From positions 1-53,586 of the forward strand of contig JBKDWF010000057.1 in the NCBI GenBank assembly GCA_046338525.1: a DNA stretch of 53,586 nt, given 5' to 3'. The DNA comes from Holosporales bacterium (lineage in GTDB: Bacteria > Pseudomonadota > Alphaproteobacteria > JAJTHO01). Positions within the stretch are counted from its first letter, which is position 1. Every line of letters starts with the position of its first letter. A program made the position numbers and the translations under genes. This document shows positions 9,935 to 20,355 of this stretch, in pieces. The notes beneath the pieces were generated by a model, which saw only the letters and a program-made list of their open reading frames with translations, did no database searches and was not told the DNA's origin.

Positions 9935-10162
9935 ATGAAGCTCCCTCCTGTCTCTAAATTATCTTTTGAAGCTGCTCTAGCAGAGCTGGAAGCTATTGTT
10001 CGCAGCTTAGAATCTGGGAATATTCCACTAGAGAATGCCATTACCCAGTTTGAACGCGGCGCAGCTTTGGAGGCTCATTGCCGCACCCATTTAGAAGATG
10101 CCCGCCTACGTATCGAACAGATTACCAGCACGGACAGTGTTGCCCCCTTTGCGCATGGCTGA
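9935..10162 (+). CDS. xseB: Exodeoxyribonuclease VII small subunit
   Basis: SFEAALAELEAIVRSLESGNIPLENAI..FERG; directly upstream of ispA. Confidence 0.93.
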   Translation: MKLPPVSKLSFEAALAELEAIVRSLESGNIPLENAITQFERGAALEAHCRTHLEDARLRIEQITSTDSVAPFAHG

Positions 10163-11021
10163 GAATTTTGCAGAGTTTTCAGCTAGGATAAGCAATGACT
10201 TGCGCCCTATTCTAGATAGCGTAATACCTAAAGAAGGACGCCTCGCCGAAGCCATGCGCTATGCAGCACTCAACGGTGGCAAAGCCTTTCGCCCGGCTCT
10301 TGTATGCGCTAGCGGATTTTTTTTTGGCGGCGATGCTAGGTATCTTCTTCGTGTAGGGGCAGCGATTGAAATGATCCATACTTATTCCCTGATTCACGAT
10401 GATTTACCGGCAATGGATAATAGTCACCTACGCCGAGGCCGGCCCAGTGTCCATTGCGCCTTTGATGAAGCCACTGCTATTCTGGCTGGGGATGGCTTGC
10501 TTACTGACGCTTTTGGGGTACTCTCGGATGCAAAAACACACCCCGATGCGGCCGTACGCTGTCGTTTGGTGAGCCTGCTGGCCACTGCAGCCGGAAGCAC
10601 CGGCATGGCAGGCGGGCAAATGGACGATATTATCGGTCAAGCTGCAACACCAGAAGCAATTCATGCACTGGAAGCCCGCAAAACCGGAGCCTTAATTGCA
10701 GCGGCATCTGCCGCTGGCGGTATTGTGGCCGAAGCAAAGACAACAATAGTAGATGTTTTGCACCGTTTTGGGCTAGCGTTAGGCTGGTTGTTTCAAATTA
10801 CTGACGATATTTTGGATTATCAGGGCACCACAGAGAAAATGGGCAAGCCTACAGGTCAGGATACAAGTAAATCTACCTTGGTGCGCCTTTGGGGTATTGC
10901 CGGGGCGCAGGCACAGGCGCGCCACGTGCATAGTGAAGCACGACAAATACTATCAGGGCTTGACCGCCCCGCCCCATTGTTGCAGGGTGCCGCGGATTTT
11001 GCCTTGCATCGAATGAGTTAA
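10155..11021 (+). CDS. ispA: Polyprenyl (farnesyl) diphosphate synthase
   Basis: GGKAFRP, SLIHDDLPAMD, RRG, GQMDD, KTGAL and FQITDDILD. Confidence 0.92.
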   Translation: MAENFAEFSARISNDLRPILDSVIPKEGRLAEAMRYAALNGGKAFRPALVCASGFFFGGDARYLLRVGAAIEMIHTYSLIHDDLPAMDNSHLRRGRPSVHCAFDEATAILAGDGLLTDAFGVLSDAKTHPDAAVRCRLVSLLATAAGSTGMAGGQMDDIIGQAATPEAIHALEARKTGALIAAASAAGGIVAEAKTTIVDVLHRFGLALGWLFQITDDILDYQGTTEKMGKPTGQDTSKSTLVRLWGIAGAQAQARHVHSEARQILSGLDRPAPLLQGAADFALHRMS

Positions 11022-11025
11022 TCTT

Positions 11026-12030
11026 ATGCCCATTTTCAAAAATTACCTAGTAACTGGCGCTGCTGGTTTTATTGGCAGTCATTTTGTCGATCATCTGTTA
11101 GCCATTCAGCCAGACGCTAGGGTTATCAGCGTGGATTTATTGACCTACGCCGCCAATAAAGCCTTCCTTGCCCAAGCTGATCTTACAGGTCGGCATACTT
11201 TTGTCCAAGGCAACATCACCAACGCCGCCATGATGGGGCAGGTATTTTTTCATCACAAGATTGATTGCGTTGTACATTTTGCTGCGGAAAGCCATGTTGA
11301 TCGTTCCATTATCGGTTCGGAAGTATTTGTCCGCAGCAATGTGTTGGGCACCTATGTATTGCTAGAAGCAGCGCGCCGCTATTGGGAAACCTTAGAGCCT
11401 AGCCAGCCCCGACGCTTCCATCACATCAGCACCGATGAAGTGTACGGTTCATTGGGAAAAAAAGGCTTCTTCAGCGAAAAAACCGCCTACGCTCCCAATA
11501 GCCCTTATTCGGCTACCAAAGCAGGGAGCGATATGCTGGTAAGGGCTTGGCACCATACCTATGGCATGAACACGACAGTAACCAACTGTTCCAACAATTT
11601 TGGGCCGCGCCAGCATGACGAAAAGCTTATTCCCACCGTTATCCGCCGCGCCCTTCAGGGGGAATCCATCCCCATCTACGGAGACGGAAAGAATATCCGC
11701 GACTGGCTATGCGTGCGGGATCATTGTCGGGCGATTCTCGCAGTACTGGATCGCGGAGAGGCCGGTGAAACTTATTGTATCGGCAGCAATAATGAACAAG
11801 ATAACAATACTATCGTTCAATTGATTTGCTCGCTACTAGACAAACTAAAACCCCGCAAAGATGGCCGCTCCTATGCCGAGCAAATCACTTACGTCGCCGA
11901 CAGATTAGGGCACGATCGGCGCTACGCTATTAATGCAACAAAAATCCAAACCGAGTTAGGCTGGAAACCAGCAAGAGCCTTCCACGACGCCCTCAAAGAG
12001 ACAGTGCAATGGTACATTGAACTTTATTAA
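11026..12030 (+). CDS. rfbB: dTDP-glucose 4,6-dehydratase
   Basis: TGAAGFIG, HFAAESHVDRSI, ISTDEVYG, YSATKA and GHDRRYAI. Confidence 0.95.
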   Translation: MPIFKNYLVTGAAGFIGSHFVDHLLAIQPDARVISVDLLTYAANKAFLAQADLTGRHTFVQGNITNAAMMGQVFFHHKIDCVVHFAAESHVDRSIIGSEVFVRSNVLGTYVLLEAARRYWETLEPSQPRRFHHISTDEVYGSLGKKGFFSEKTAYAPNSPYSATKAGSDMLVRAWHHTYGMNTTVTNCSNNFGPRQHDEKLIPTVIRRALQGESIPIYGDGKNIRDWLCVRDHCRAILAVLDRGEAGETYCIGSNNEQDNNTIVQLICSLLDKLKPRKDGRSYAEQITYVADRLGHDRRYAINATKIQTELGWKPARAFHDALKETVQWYIELY

Positions 12031-12039
12031 AGCTAATTT

Positions 12040-12570
12040 TTATGCGGTTGGCTTTGGCGGCTTAGGGCTGCTGCCTTTTTTACGAAACTTATCTAAAGAA
12101 ACGACCTTATTATCATCCGCTTCGGTGGTCACATCCTGAAAAGAAGGTTGGTTTTTTTGCTCATCCTGGCGACGATTCGCACTAGCCGGGTGTTCAGTAA
12201 CATCGTCATCACCTTCGTCAACATGAAACTGCAGGCCAAATTTTACCGAAGGATCGGCAAACCCAGTAACAGCAGAAAAAGGAATGGTGAGGTGCTCTAA
12301 AGTATTATTAAAGCTTAAAGACACTGAAAAAAGTTCTTCACGAACCGACAAATCCTCAAATTGGTATTGCAGTACGATAGTCATTTCATCAGGGTATTGA
12401 TCACGCAAGTAATCCGGGATCACCACATCGGGGTGTTCGGTGCGAAAAGTAATATAAAAATGGTGCGCTCCAGGGAGGCCATTTTTTTGCACGATTTCAA
12501 GGGCAGTACGCACAACACCCTTGAGTGCGGCCTCTACCAGCTTATCGTAATGCAACACAGAATCGCTCAT
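12040..12570 (-). CDS. sspB: ClpXP adaptor SspB, alphaproteobacterial type
   Basis: GLPGAHHFYITF, YPDEMTIVLQYQF, FADPSVKFGLQF and the ClpX-binding tail VVSLDKFRKK. Confidence 0.92.
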   Translation of the reverse strand: MSDSVLHYDKLVEAALKGVVRTALEIVQKNGLPGAHHFYITFRTEHPDVVIPDYLRDQYPDEMTIVLQYQFEDLSVREELFSVSLSFNNTLEHLTIPFSAVTGFADPSVKFGLQFHVDEGDDDVTEHPASANRRQDEQKNQPSFQDVTTEADDNKVVSLDKFRKKGSSPKPPKPTA

Positions 12571-12651
12571 AATAATACTCTACCCTCGCATTCTTAATAA
12601 ACGGTAGCGCGGCGGCTGCAAGAAAAAAGCTGTTTTAATACGATCAAGCAG

Positions 12652-13212
12652 TTAAAGCTTGTCCAAAGCCATGTTCAGCACGACAATATTTACCCGTGGC
12701 TCGCCTATAAAACCCAGCACGGGTTTCTCTATGTACTTACTAATAAGCGCATTAAGTGTTGGCAAATCCAAGTTCCGCGCTTTAGCAACCATAGGCGCTT
12801 GATAAAAAACGGCTTCAGGAGATAGATGTGGGTCAAGGCCACTGGCCGAGGTGGTAAGAAGTGCCTCCGGCACTGGGGCAGTGCCGCCGCGCTGAATCCA
12901 ACTTTGCTCCCTAATCTGCCGGGCATCAACAAAAGCTCGGCTAGCACGGCTGATATTACTAGCACCACTGGGTACCGTAGCAAAATCAACAGCAGACGGC
13001 CTGGACTGAAAATATTGGGGACTGGTGAATTTTTGGGCAATCAATCGTGAGCCACGTACAACACCATCGGCATCCACTATCAAACTGCCGTTAGCCTGCA
13101 CTGGGAAAAACACCTGCCCTATTTTGGTTACAACGAGGGGGTATGCTATTCCGACAATAAGGGTCAGCGTCACAAAAACAACAAACAATGGCCTTAATTG
13201 GAGATTTTTCAT
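12652..13212 (-). CDS. kdpC: K+-transporting ATPase subunit C
   Basis: QANGSLI, YFQSRPSA, SASGLDPHLS and GEPRVN. Confidence 0.95.
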   Translation of the reverse strand: MKNLQLRPLFVVFVTLTLIVGIAYPLVVTKIGQVFFPVQANGSLIVDADGVVRGSRLIAQKFTSPQYFQSRPSAVDFATVPSGASNISRASRAFVDARQIREQSWIQRGGTAPVPEALLTTSASGLDPHLSPEAVFYQAPMVAKARNLDLPTLNALISKYIEKPVLGFIGEPRVNIVVLNMALDKL

Positions 13213-13223
13213 GACATACCCCT

Positions 13224-15245
13224 TTACACCAATCCGATAAAATTAACTATTATATCAATAACTTTAATACCAACGAACGGGGTAATAAATCCGCCAAGAC
13301 CGTAAAAAAGCAAATTGCGGGCAAGCAACTGCTTGGCAGTCCCCGGACGGTACTCAATACCTTTTAACGCCAGCGGCACTAACGCTAGCACAATTAAAGC
13401 GTTAAAAATTATCGCTGATAAAATAGCACTTTGCGCCGAACCAAGCCCCATAATATTTAGCGCAGAAAGATGTGGATAGGTGACAATAAACAACGCCGGG
13501 ATAATAGCAAAATATTTTGCCACATCATTGGCTATAGAAAACGTGGTCAATGCGCCTCGGCTCATCAGGAGTTGCTTACCCACCATGACAACTTCAATAA
13601 GCTTGGTGGGATTAGAATCAAGATCAATCATATTACTGGCTTCCCGCGCGGCTTGGGTGCCAGTATTCATGGCGATACCGACATCGGCTTGAGCCAAGGC
13701 CGGGGCATCATTGGAACCGTCACCGCACATGGCTATCAGCCTGCCACCTTCTTGTTCTTTGCGGATAAACTCTAATTTGCGTTCCGGCGTAGCTTCGGCA
13801 AGGAAATCATCTACGCCGGCTTCAGCAGCAATAGCAGCAGCGGTCAGCGGGTTGTCACCAGTGATCATAACGGTACGAATGCCCATCGTACGAAGTTCGG
13901 CAAACCGTTGTTTAAGGCCAGTTTTAACAATATCTTTCAAATGTATAACTCCAAGCACCCGGCCATTTTCACCCACCACCAAAGGGGTTCCGCCATCACC
14001 AGCAATACTATCGATGAGGCCTTGGAGTTCTTTTTGAACAGTGCCAATCGAGACTTTGTCAACCCAGCGCAGCATGGCATCCGCAGCCCCTTTACGGATA
14101 GAGCGTTCGCCAAGATCAACGCCGCTCATACGGGTACGAGCAGAAAACTCCTGAAACACGGCGGTTGGTGCAGTATCTTGAAAGCCAAATTTTTGTTTTG
14201 CTAAAATTATAATGGACTTTCCTTCCGGTGTATCATCGGCCAGTGAGGATAAGTACGCTGCTTCGGCAAGATTTTTTTCCGTGATACCCTCAAGGGGCAA
14301 AAAGGCCGATGCCATGCGATTGCCAAAAGTAATAGTGCCAGTTTTATCAAGAAGCATCACATCAACATCGCCGGCAGCCTCCACCGCGCGGCCAGATTTT
14401 GCAACTACGTTGCATTTGAGCAAGCGCTCCATTCCGGCAATACCAATGGCCGACAATAAGCCGCTAATCGTTGTGGGCAATAAAGTAATAAGCAACGCAA
14501 CCAAGTATGGCACTGGAATAATTGTGTTACTATACGATGCCCAAGGCAATAATGTTAACACGACAAGCAAGAAAATAATACTCATCCCCATCAACAAAAT
14601 ATGCAGAGCAATCTCATTGGGGGTTTTTTGTCGTTTTGCCCCTTCCACCATGGCGATCATGCGATCGAGAAAAGATTCTCCTTGTTTAGCTGTAATACGC
14701 ATAACAATCGAGTCAGACACCACCCGAGTACCACCCGTTACAGCCGAGCGATCGCCGCCACTTTCCCGAACAACTGGGGCTGATTCGCCAGTAATAGCCG
14801 ACTCATCAACAGTGGCAATTCCTTGAATAATCTCACCATCCCCAGGAATCATATCGCCAGCTTCTACAAGAACAATGCTACCAACCTGCAATTGTGCAGC
14901 GGTAGTGATCTGGTAATCGCGAGAGGATGGGTTTTTAAGGAGCTTGGCACCAGTATCACTGCGAGCCGAACGCAAACTGTCCGCTTGGGCCTTGCCACGA
15001 CCTTCTGCTAAACTCTCGGCAAAAGTGGAAAAAAGAACGGTAAGCCACAACCACACCGAAAGTTGCCAATATAATGAATCCCCGTGAATCAGTGACGAGA
15101 CTGTACACAAAAAAGCCGCAACCTCAACAAGCAAAATAACCGGGTTTTTATACAACAAAATGGGATTCAACTTGACGATACTATCCTTCAACGACTGAAA
15201 AAGGATATTTTTATTAATAATAATAGCTTTTGAGTGAATACTCAT
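13224..15245 (-). CDS. kdpB: K+-transporting ATPase subunit B
   Basis: [28 protein letters not shown] and [12 protein letters not shown]. Confidence 0.97.
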   Translation of the reverse strand: MSIHSKAIIINKNILFQSLKDSIVKLNPILLYKNPVILLVEVAAFLCTVSSLIHGDSLYWQLSVWLWLTVLFSTFAESLAEGRGKAQADSLRSARSDTGAKLLKNPSSRDYQITTAAQLQVGSIVLVEAGDMIPGDGEIIQGIATVDESAITGESAPVVRESGGDRSAVTGGTRVVSDSIVMRITAKQGESFLDRMIAMVEGAKRQKTPNEIALHILLMGMSIIFLLVVLTLLPWASYSNTIIPVPYLVALLITLLPTTISGLLSAIGIAGMERLLKCNVVAKSGRAVEAAGDVDVMLLDKTGTITFGNRMASAFLPLEGITEKNLAEAAYLSSLADDTPEGKSIIILAKQKFGFQDTAPTAVFQEFSARTRMSGVDLGERSIRKGAADAMLRWVDKVSIGTVQKELQGLIDSIAGDGGTPLVVGENGRVLGVIHLKDIVKTGLKQRFAELRTMGIRTVMITGDNPLTAAAIAAEAGVDDFLAEATPERKLEFIRKEQEGGRLIAMCGDGSNDAPALAQADVGIAMNTGTQAAREASNMIDLDSNPTKLIEVVMVGKQLLMSRGALTTFSIANDVAKYFAIIPALFIVTYPHLSALNIMGLGSAQSAILSAIIFNALIVLALVPLALKGIEYRPGTAKQLLARNLLFYGLGGFITPFVGIKVIDIIVNFIGLV

Positions 15246-15258
15246 GGCACAATATCCT

Positions 15259-16908
15259 TTAGAATTTTTGCCCGACGATCATGCCAAAATGCTCTGCTAA
15301 CGGCCCCAAAGTCAGCACGGGAAAAAAAGTCAACCCTCCAACAATGCCGATGATTCCAGTAAGCAACACTCCAAACAACACACCATGCGTAGGGAACGTG
15401 CCTGCCGTAGCGGGGATCGTTTTTTTCTCCGCTAAACTGCCCGCCAAAGCCATGAGAGGCACAACATACCCATAACGACCCAACAACATGCATACCCCAA
15501 GAGCAATGTTGTAAAACGGTGTATTCCCCATAAATCCCCCAAACGCAGAACCATTGTTGGCGGTGGCTGAAGTATAGGCATACAGCAACTCGGAAAGACC
15601 ATGCGGTCCTTTGGACAACATAGAGCTTTGCGCATCCCCCGTAAGTAAGGCTATCGCTCCGCCAATGAGCACCCCAATGGGCAGAATCAGCATAGTAAGA
15701 ACCACAAGCTTAATCTCTCGTGCTTCAATTTTTTTACCCAAAAATTCAGGGGTGCGCCCGACCATCAACCCCGCCAAAAACACGGTAAGAATAACAAAGG
15801 ATAGCATGCCATAAAGGCCACTACCTACACCGCCGAACACCACTTCACCAAGCTGCATATTGAAGATGGTGACTAGGCCAGAAATAGGGGTTAGACTACC
15901 GTGCATTGCGTTGGTTGAACCATTAGACGCCGCAGTAGTAGCTGTTGCCCAAACAACACTTTCGGTGACACCAAACCGGGTATCTTTTCCTTCTACATTA
16001 TTGCCTTCAGCGTATAAGGCGATCACAGTTCCCATTAACCACAACCCCAACATGACGCTATAAAGCGTCGCCCCTTGACGCTTATCCCCCACCATACGGC
16101 CATAAGTAAAACACAACGCCGCAGGAATGAGCAAAATAGAAAAAAATTGCAAAAAATTGCTAATAGGGGTTGGATTTTCAAAAGGGTGCGCGGCGTTGAC
16201 GCCAAAAAAACCACCACCGTTAGTACCAAGTTGCTTAATGGCAACCTGGGAGGCGACTGGCCCTTGAGGAATAATCTGCTCTTCTTTTTCAAAGGTTTGC
16301 GCCACCGTATAGACATTAGTGTTTTGCAAAACCCCTTGGGCAATAAGCACCAGGCTAAAAATCAAGGAAAGTGGCAATAAAACATAGACAGTACTACGCA
16401 CCATATCGACCCAGTAGTTACCAAGTTTTTTTACCTGGCGTGCGGAAATCCCCCTTATCACCGCCAAAAGCAAGGAGATACCAGTAGCAGCGGAAAGAAA
16501 ATTCTGCACACCAAGACCAACGGCTTGACTAAACTGACTCAAGGTTTGTTCACCGCTGAAGGCCTGCCAGTTGGTGTTGGTAACGAAACTGACGGCGGCA
16601 TTGAAGGCTAAGGTCGGCTCCACTCCGGCAAAGCCTTGCGGATTAAAAGGAAGATTGCCTTGCAGCCTTAAAATAATATATAAGAACAACAAACCAAGAC
16701 CGTTAAACATCAACATATTCAAAGTGTATTGCCACCAATTTTGCCCAGCATCAGGGTTAATACCAGCCAACTTAAAAAAAACGGTCTCAATAGGTGCCAA
16801 AAGACCCTTACCACTCAAAACAGTTTTAATATACGCACCAAGCAAGGGTGCAAGAAGGGTCAATAATATCACGCTAGCACCGAGATATATCCAATTTATT
16901 CCAGTCAT
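15259..16908 (-). CDS. kdpA: K+-transporting ATPase subunit A
   Basis: [34 protein letters not shown] and NNGSAF. Confidence 0.96.
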   Translation of the reverse strand: MTGINWIYLGASVILLTLLAPLLGAYIKTVLSGKGLLAPIETVFFKLAGINPDAGQNWWQYTLNMLMFNGLGLLFLYIILRLQGNLPFNPQGFAGVEPTLAFNAAVSFVTNTNWQAFSGEQTLSQFSQAVGLGVQNFLSAATGISLLLAVIRGISARQVKKLGNYWVDMVRSTVYVLLPLSLIFSLVLIAQGVLQNTNVYTVAQTFEKEEQIIPQGPVASQVAIKQLGTNGGGFFGVNAAHPFENPTPISNFLQFFSILLIPAALCFTYGRMVGDKRQGATLYSVMLGLWLMGTVIALYAEGNNVEGKDTRFGVTESVVWATATTAASNGSTNAMHGSLTPISGLVTIFNMQLGEVVFGGVGSGLYGMLSFVILTVFLAGLMVGRTPEFLGKKIEAREIKLVVLTMLILPIGVLIGGAIALLTGDAQSSMLSKGPHGLSELLYAYTSATANNGSAFGGFMGNTPFYNIALGVCMLLGRYGYVVPLMALAGSLAEKKTIPATAGTFPTHGVLFGVLLTGIIGIVGGLTFFPVLTLGPLAEHFGMIVGQKF

Positions 16909-16911
16909 GAC

Positions 16912-16998
16912 CTAAAACTCCTCCGGCGATAACAGAGCATAGATAAGATAAGCGAGGGCAACAAGGCCACTCAGTCCGCCAAGAACGTATTCAAGCAT
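16912..16998 (-). CDS. kdpF: K+-transporting ATPase subunit F (28 aa, absent from ORF track)
   Basis: Translated by hand as MLEYVLGGLSGLVALAYLIYALLSPEEF*, which carries the KdpF YLxYALLxPExF motif and ends 3 bp before the kdpA ATG. Confidence 0.9.
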   Translation of the reverse strand: MLEYVLGGLSGLVALAYLIYALLSPEEF

Positions 16999-17185
16999 GG
17001 TGCGTAACTTTCAAAATTTCTCCGGTACTTTTCCGAACCAGAAAATTCTTTTTATCCAATACCGCGCATTATACCTGTTAGCTAAGGGAGTCAAGCACAA
17101 TCACAGCACAATTGCATCTGTATTTTTGCCCTTTTATACCGCAAAAAACCCGCTATAGTAATCATCTATAGCATAGGAAAAATTT

Positions 17186-17776
17186 ATGAAAATAAACATT
17201 TCTGGCCGTCACATGAATATTGGCGCCAGCCTGACATCCCATATTCGGGAAACATTGCAGCACGCAACAACGAAATACCTAAATCGCACCACGGACGCTG
17301 GGGTAGTCATTGATCACCAAGGCTATCGCTTTAACACCCACATCAGCCTTAACCCCGGTACAAAAACGGCATTGACGATCCAAGCCGATTACGAATCGGA
17401 TGATCCTTACGCTTCTTTTGATGGGGCGGCGGCCAAGCTAATAAAGCAATTACGCCGGTACAAGCGCCGCTTGACAGATCATCATTTGAACGCCCTTGAT
17501 GCCCTAGAAAAACATGAGGTGGCTCGAGAATATGTTGTTTCGGCACAAACTGACGAGGAAGGCGCTGAAAAAGAAACTGAACAAGCACCCTTAGTAATCG
17601 CCGAAATGAGCAGTGATATCAAAACAATACCAGTAAAAGATGCGGTAATGCTATTAGACCTAAGCGGGCGTCCCGTGTACGTGTTCAAAAATGCCAAAAC
17701 AAACAATTTGAATGTTGTTTTCCGCCGTTCTGACGGCAATGTTGGATGGATTGAACCGGAGAATAAAGCCGTTTAA
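17186..17776 (+). CDS. hpf: Ribosome hibernation factor, long form (sigma54 modulation protein)
   Basis: ISGRHMNIG, DPYASFD, KQLRRYKRRL and C-terminal NVVFRRSDGNVGWI. Confidence 0.92.
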   Translation: MKINISGRHMNIGASLTSHIRETLQHATTKYLNRTTDAGVVIDHQGYRFNTHISLNPGTKTALTIQADYESDDPYASFDGAAAKLIKQLRRYKRRLTDHHLNALDALEKHEVAREYVVSAQTDEEGAEKETEQAPLVIAEMSSDIKTIPVKDAVMLLDLSGRPVYVFKNAKTNNLNVVFRRSDGNVGWIEPENKAV

Positions 17777-17787
17777 ATTGCGCTGGC

Positions 17788-17823
17788 GCACAGCCTACAA
17801 GACAATTTTTTGGTAGGCTGTGC
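17788..17823 (+). terminator. Hairpin between hpf and ptsN (terminator or processing stem)
   Basis: 11-bp perfect inverted repeat GCACAGCCTAC / GTAGGCTGTGC with only a weak U-tract. Confidence 0.45.
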
Positions 17824-17864
17824 TTGGGTTATTTGAATAACCCCATACTAGGAAAAAGATTTTT

Positions 17865-18353
17865 ATGACTCTTACGGATATTCTGTGTCAAAGTCGAGTG
17901 CGCTTGGGGATGTCCGTGGCGGACAAAGCAGCGGCCTTGGCCTTGCTGGCCGAACTCGCCGCGGCAAAAACCGGATACCAACCAACGGTTGTTCGTGACG
18001 CTTTAAAAGAACGAGAACGCCTTGGTTCCACTGGCATTGGCCGGGGCGTGGCCTTGCCGCATATTCGCCTGATTGGCCTCGATCGCATGGTGGGTTTTTT
18101 TGTACAACTAACTCAACCCATCGATTTTCAAGCTATTGACGGCAAACCCGTGGATTTGATGTTCTTGCTACTCTCCCCGTGCCAAACAACACGGGACAAC
18201 GCCGCCGCCCAGCATGTCCAAGCCTTGGCCAGTATTACCCGCTTACTACGCGAAAATGGCACCTGCGATCAACTCCGCACTGCCAGTGAAACCGGCACCA
18301 TTTGCCGCATTTTACGCTTGGCACCCACCCTAAACGTCGCCGAAGTCGCGTAA
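17865..18353 (+). CDS. ptsN: PTS IIA-like nitrogen regulatory protein
   Basis: ERERLGSTGIGRGVALPH and DGKPVDLMFLLL; follows hpf. Confidence 0.9.
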   Translation: MTLTDILCQSRVRLGMSVADKAAALALLAELAAAKTGYQPTVVRDALKERERLGSTGIGRGVALPHIRLIGLDRMVGFFVQLTQPIDFQAIDGKPVDLMFLLLSPCQTTRDNAAAQHVQALASITRLLRENGTCDQLRTASETGTICRILRLAPTLNVAEVA

Positions 18354-18355
18354 CT

Positions 18356-18431
18356 TGGTGGGCCTGCCCGGATTTGAACCAGGGACAACTCCGTTATGAG
18401 CGGAACGTTCTAACCACTGAACTACAGGCCC
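18356..18431 (-). tRNA. tRNA with CAT anticodon, most likely tRNA-Ile2 (lysidine)
   Basis: 76-nt cloverleaf GGGCCTG..CTCATAA..TTCAAAT..CAGGCCCACCA. It has a G1-C72 pair and no GGG/CCC anticodon stem, so it is not fMet; the acceptor stem resembles Ile2. Confidence 0.88.
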
Positions 18432-18607
18432 GAATGATGCTGACAAGTCTGTTAGCAGTCTGAAGGATAGATTTCAACATGACATTTTTTAATGACATTT
18501 TTTAACAGGCTCCCTACTAATTTCGATTCAGAAAAACCTATATAAATCAGTTCTTTCTACCGAAAAAAACTTTTTTATAATATTTTTAAAAAATACAAGA
18601 AAAATTT

Positions 18608-19834
18608 TTATAACCCGCGCTGGCGCACCAGCACCACCAACGCCGCCAGCTTGAACCCGCAGGGCAGCAGGGCATAGGCCGCCGATAACGCTGCTACCGA
18701 GCCAGTGCCGCCGGGGGTATAGTCCCAGACCTCCAGCAGCGGCAAGGCAATCCCGGCTGCAAGAGCAAGGGTGAACTTACTGATAAAATTCCAGATGCCA
18801 AACTCCAGCCCCCCAGCTTGCTGCTCTCCCCTGCCCCGCACTGCATCGGCCAACAGCGAGGGCAGCACCGCCAAATCCCCACCCAGCGCCGCGCCGGAAA
18901 GCAGGCATATCACCCCAAAAGCGACTGTATCCCCCTGACCCAGCGTAAACGTCCACATAAACGAGACGATAGCCAATCCAAATGAGCACATCAGACTGCG
19001 CCGTTTACCGATACGAGCCGCCACCCGCACCCACATCGGCATAGCCAGTACAGCAGCAAGGAAATAAATCCCCAAGAATGCCCCGCTCCACGCCGCCGCG
19101 CCCAACACATCGCTGGCAAAAAATAAAAACAGCGTCGCCGTTAAGGATGGGGCTAAAGCGTTTAAAAAAAATAATATAAATAGACGCCGTAATGACCGAT
19201 CCTGCACTACATGCCGCCAAGATCCCGCCGACGGTTTTTGGGCATTGACCACTGCTACAGGCAGCCGCATCAACGCCAGCGCAATTATCACAACCGCCAA
19301 TAATACCCCGCAAAACACCTGATACGCGGCTTTCTCCCCCAGCCACGGCGTCAACGTCGGCGGCAGGGCCGAGGCCACCAGCACGCCCACAATAATCATA
19401 CCCTCCCGCGCCGCCGACACCCGGACACTTTCTCGTTCATCCCCGCCCAAGGCCACCCCAATGGTGTAGACGACAATGGAAAACACACTGTACGCCAAGT
19501 ACGTCATGGCCAGCAAGCCGCCAACCACCAAGACTAAGCCGCGATCCACCCCCATATCCGGCAGGAAAAACAACCCGAACACCCCAGCGGTCAGCACAGC
19601 TCCCGATGCTATCAATATCCCACGCCGCCGTAGTGCCCAACCATCGGCGAGTCCACCAAGAAAGGGATCCGCCAAGCAATCAACCACCCGTGTCAAGAAC
19701 AACACCAACCCCAAAACACTAAGCGATAAAGGTAAAGTATCAGCATAAAACTTGGGCAAATGAACGTACAACGGCAGCCCGACAAAACCTACCGGCAAAC
19801 CCAAAACCCCATACCGCAATAATGAAACAGTCAC
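18608..19834 (-). CDS. MFS transporter (GPH-like)
   Basis: About 12 hydrophobic segments, LPLYVHLPKFY, DPFLG and ARIGKRR; GTG start overlaps the upstream stop. Confidence 0.85.
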   Translation of the reverse strand: MTVSLLRYGVLGLPVGFVGLPLYVHLPKFYADTLPLSLSVLGLVLFLTRVVDCLADPFLGGLADGWALRRRGILIASGAVLTAGVFGLFFLPDMGVDRGLVLVVGGLLAMTYLAYSVFSIVVYTIGVALGGDERESVRVSAAREGMIIVGVLVASALPPTLTPWLGEKAAYQVFCGVLLAVVIIALALMRLPVAVVNAQKPSAGSWRHVVQDRSLRRLFILFFLNALAPSLTATLFLFFASDVLGAAAWSGAFLGIYFLAAVLAMPMWVRVAARIGKRRSLMCSFGLAIVSFMWTFTLGQGDTVAFGVICLLSGAALGGDLAVLPSLLADAVRGRGEQQAGGLEFGIWNFISKFTLALAAGIALPLLEVWDYTPGGTGSVAALSAAYALLPCGFKLAALVVLVRQRGL

Positions 19835-20352
19835 AGAGATTTACCCAACAATTGCGCCCTTAACTCCGGCTCCGAGGTTTGCGGCGACAGCCAAATATCG
19901 AAAAATCGCCGGGCAAAGGCCACCGAATCGATACTCCCTTTGGATTTACCGTTATATGTAAAAGACACGCCCTTTTGTGGATCAAAAAATGCGGTAATCC
20001 TGTCTCCATCTTGTACATCAGGAAAGGCTACCCGAAGAATAGGAGCAAACCCAGCATCTTCATCTGCGGTTTCGGGCGACTGCCGACGCATTTCGGTAAG
20101 AGTTTTTTCCACCAGATCAACGCCGCTTATCGACCAATAGTACGTCAAGCTCAAGGCAAAGGGGGCATCGTAAGACCAAGGTCTACTATCCGTCCAAAGT
20201 TCTGCTTGGTAAATTTTAGAGAATAAGCGCTTTAAAACCCCTGTCCCCACTGGTTCAGAGGCTCCAACTATGGGAGAAACCTCCGCAGGCTTTGCCCACG
20301 CTAATCCGGAGAATACAGTACAGGCAACAACCGCCAAACATTGCTTAAACAT
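19831..20352 (-). CDS. Chalcone-isomerase-like exported protein
   Basis: Signal peptide, FPDVQDGDRI and FFDIWLSPQTSEPELRAQLLG. Confidence 0.85.
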   Translation of the reverse strand: MFKQCLAVVACTVFSGLAWAKPAEVSPIVGASEPVGTGVLKRLFSKIYQAELWTDSRPWSYDAPFALSLTYYWSISGVDLVEKTLTEMRRQSPETADEDAGFAPILRVAFPDVQDGDRITAFFDPQKGVSFTYNGKSKGSIDSVAFARRFFDIWLSPQTSEPELRAQLLGKSL

Positions 20353-20355
20353 AAC

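Noticed and set aside
18356-18431. Initiator tRNA-fMet
   Set aside because: It has a paired 1-72 position and lacks three consecutive G-C pairs in the anticodon stem.
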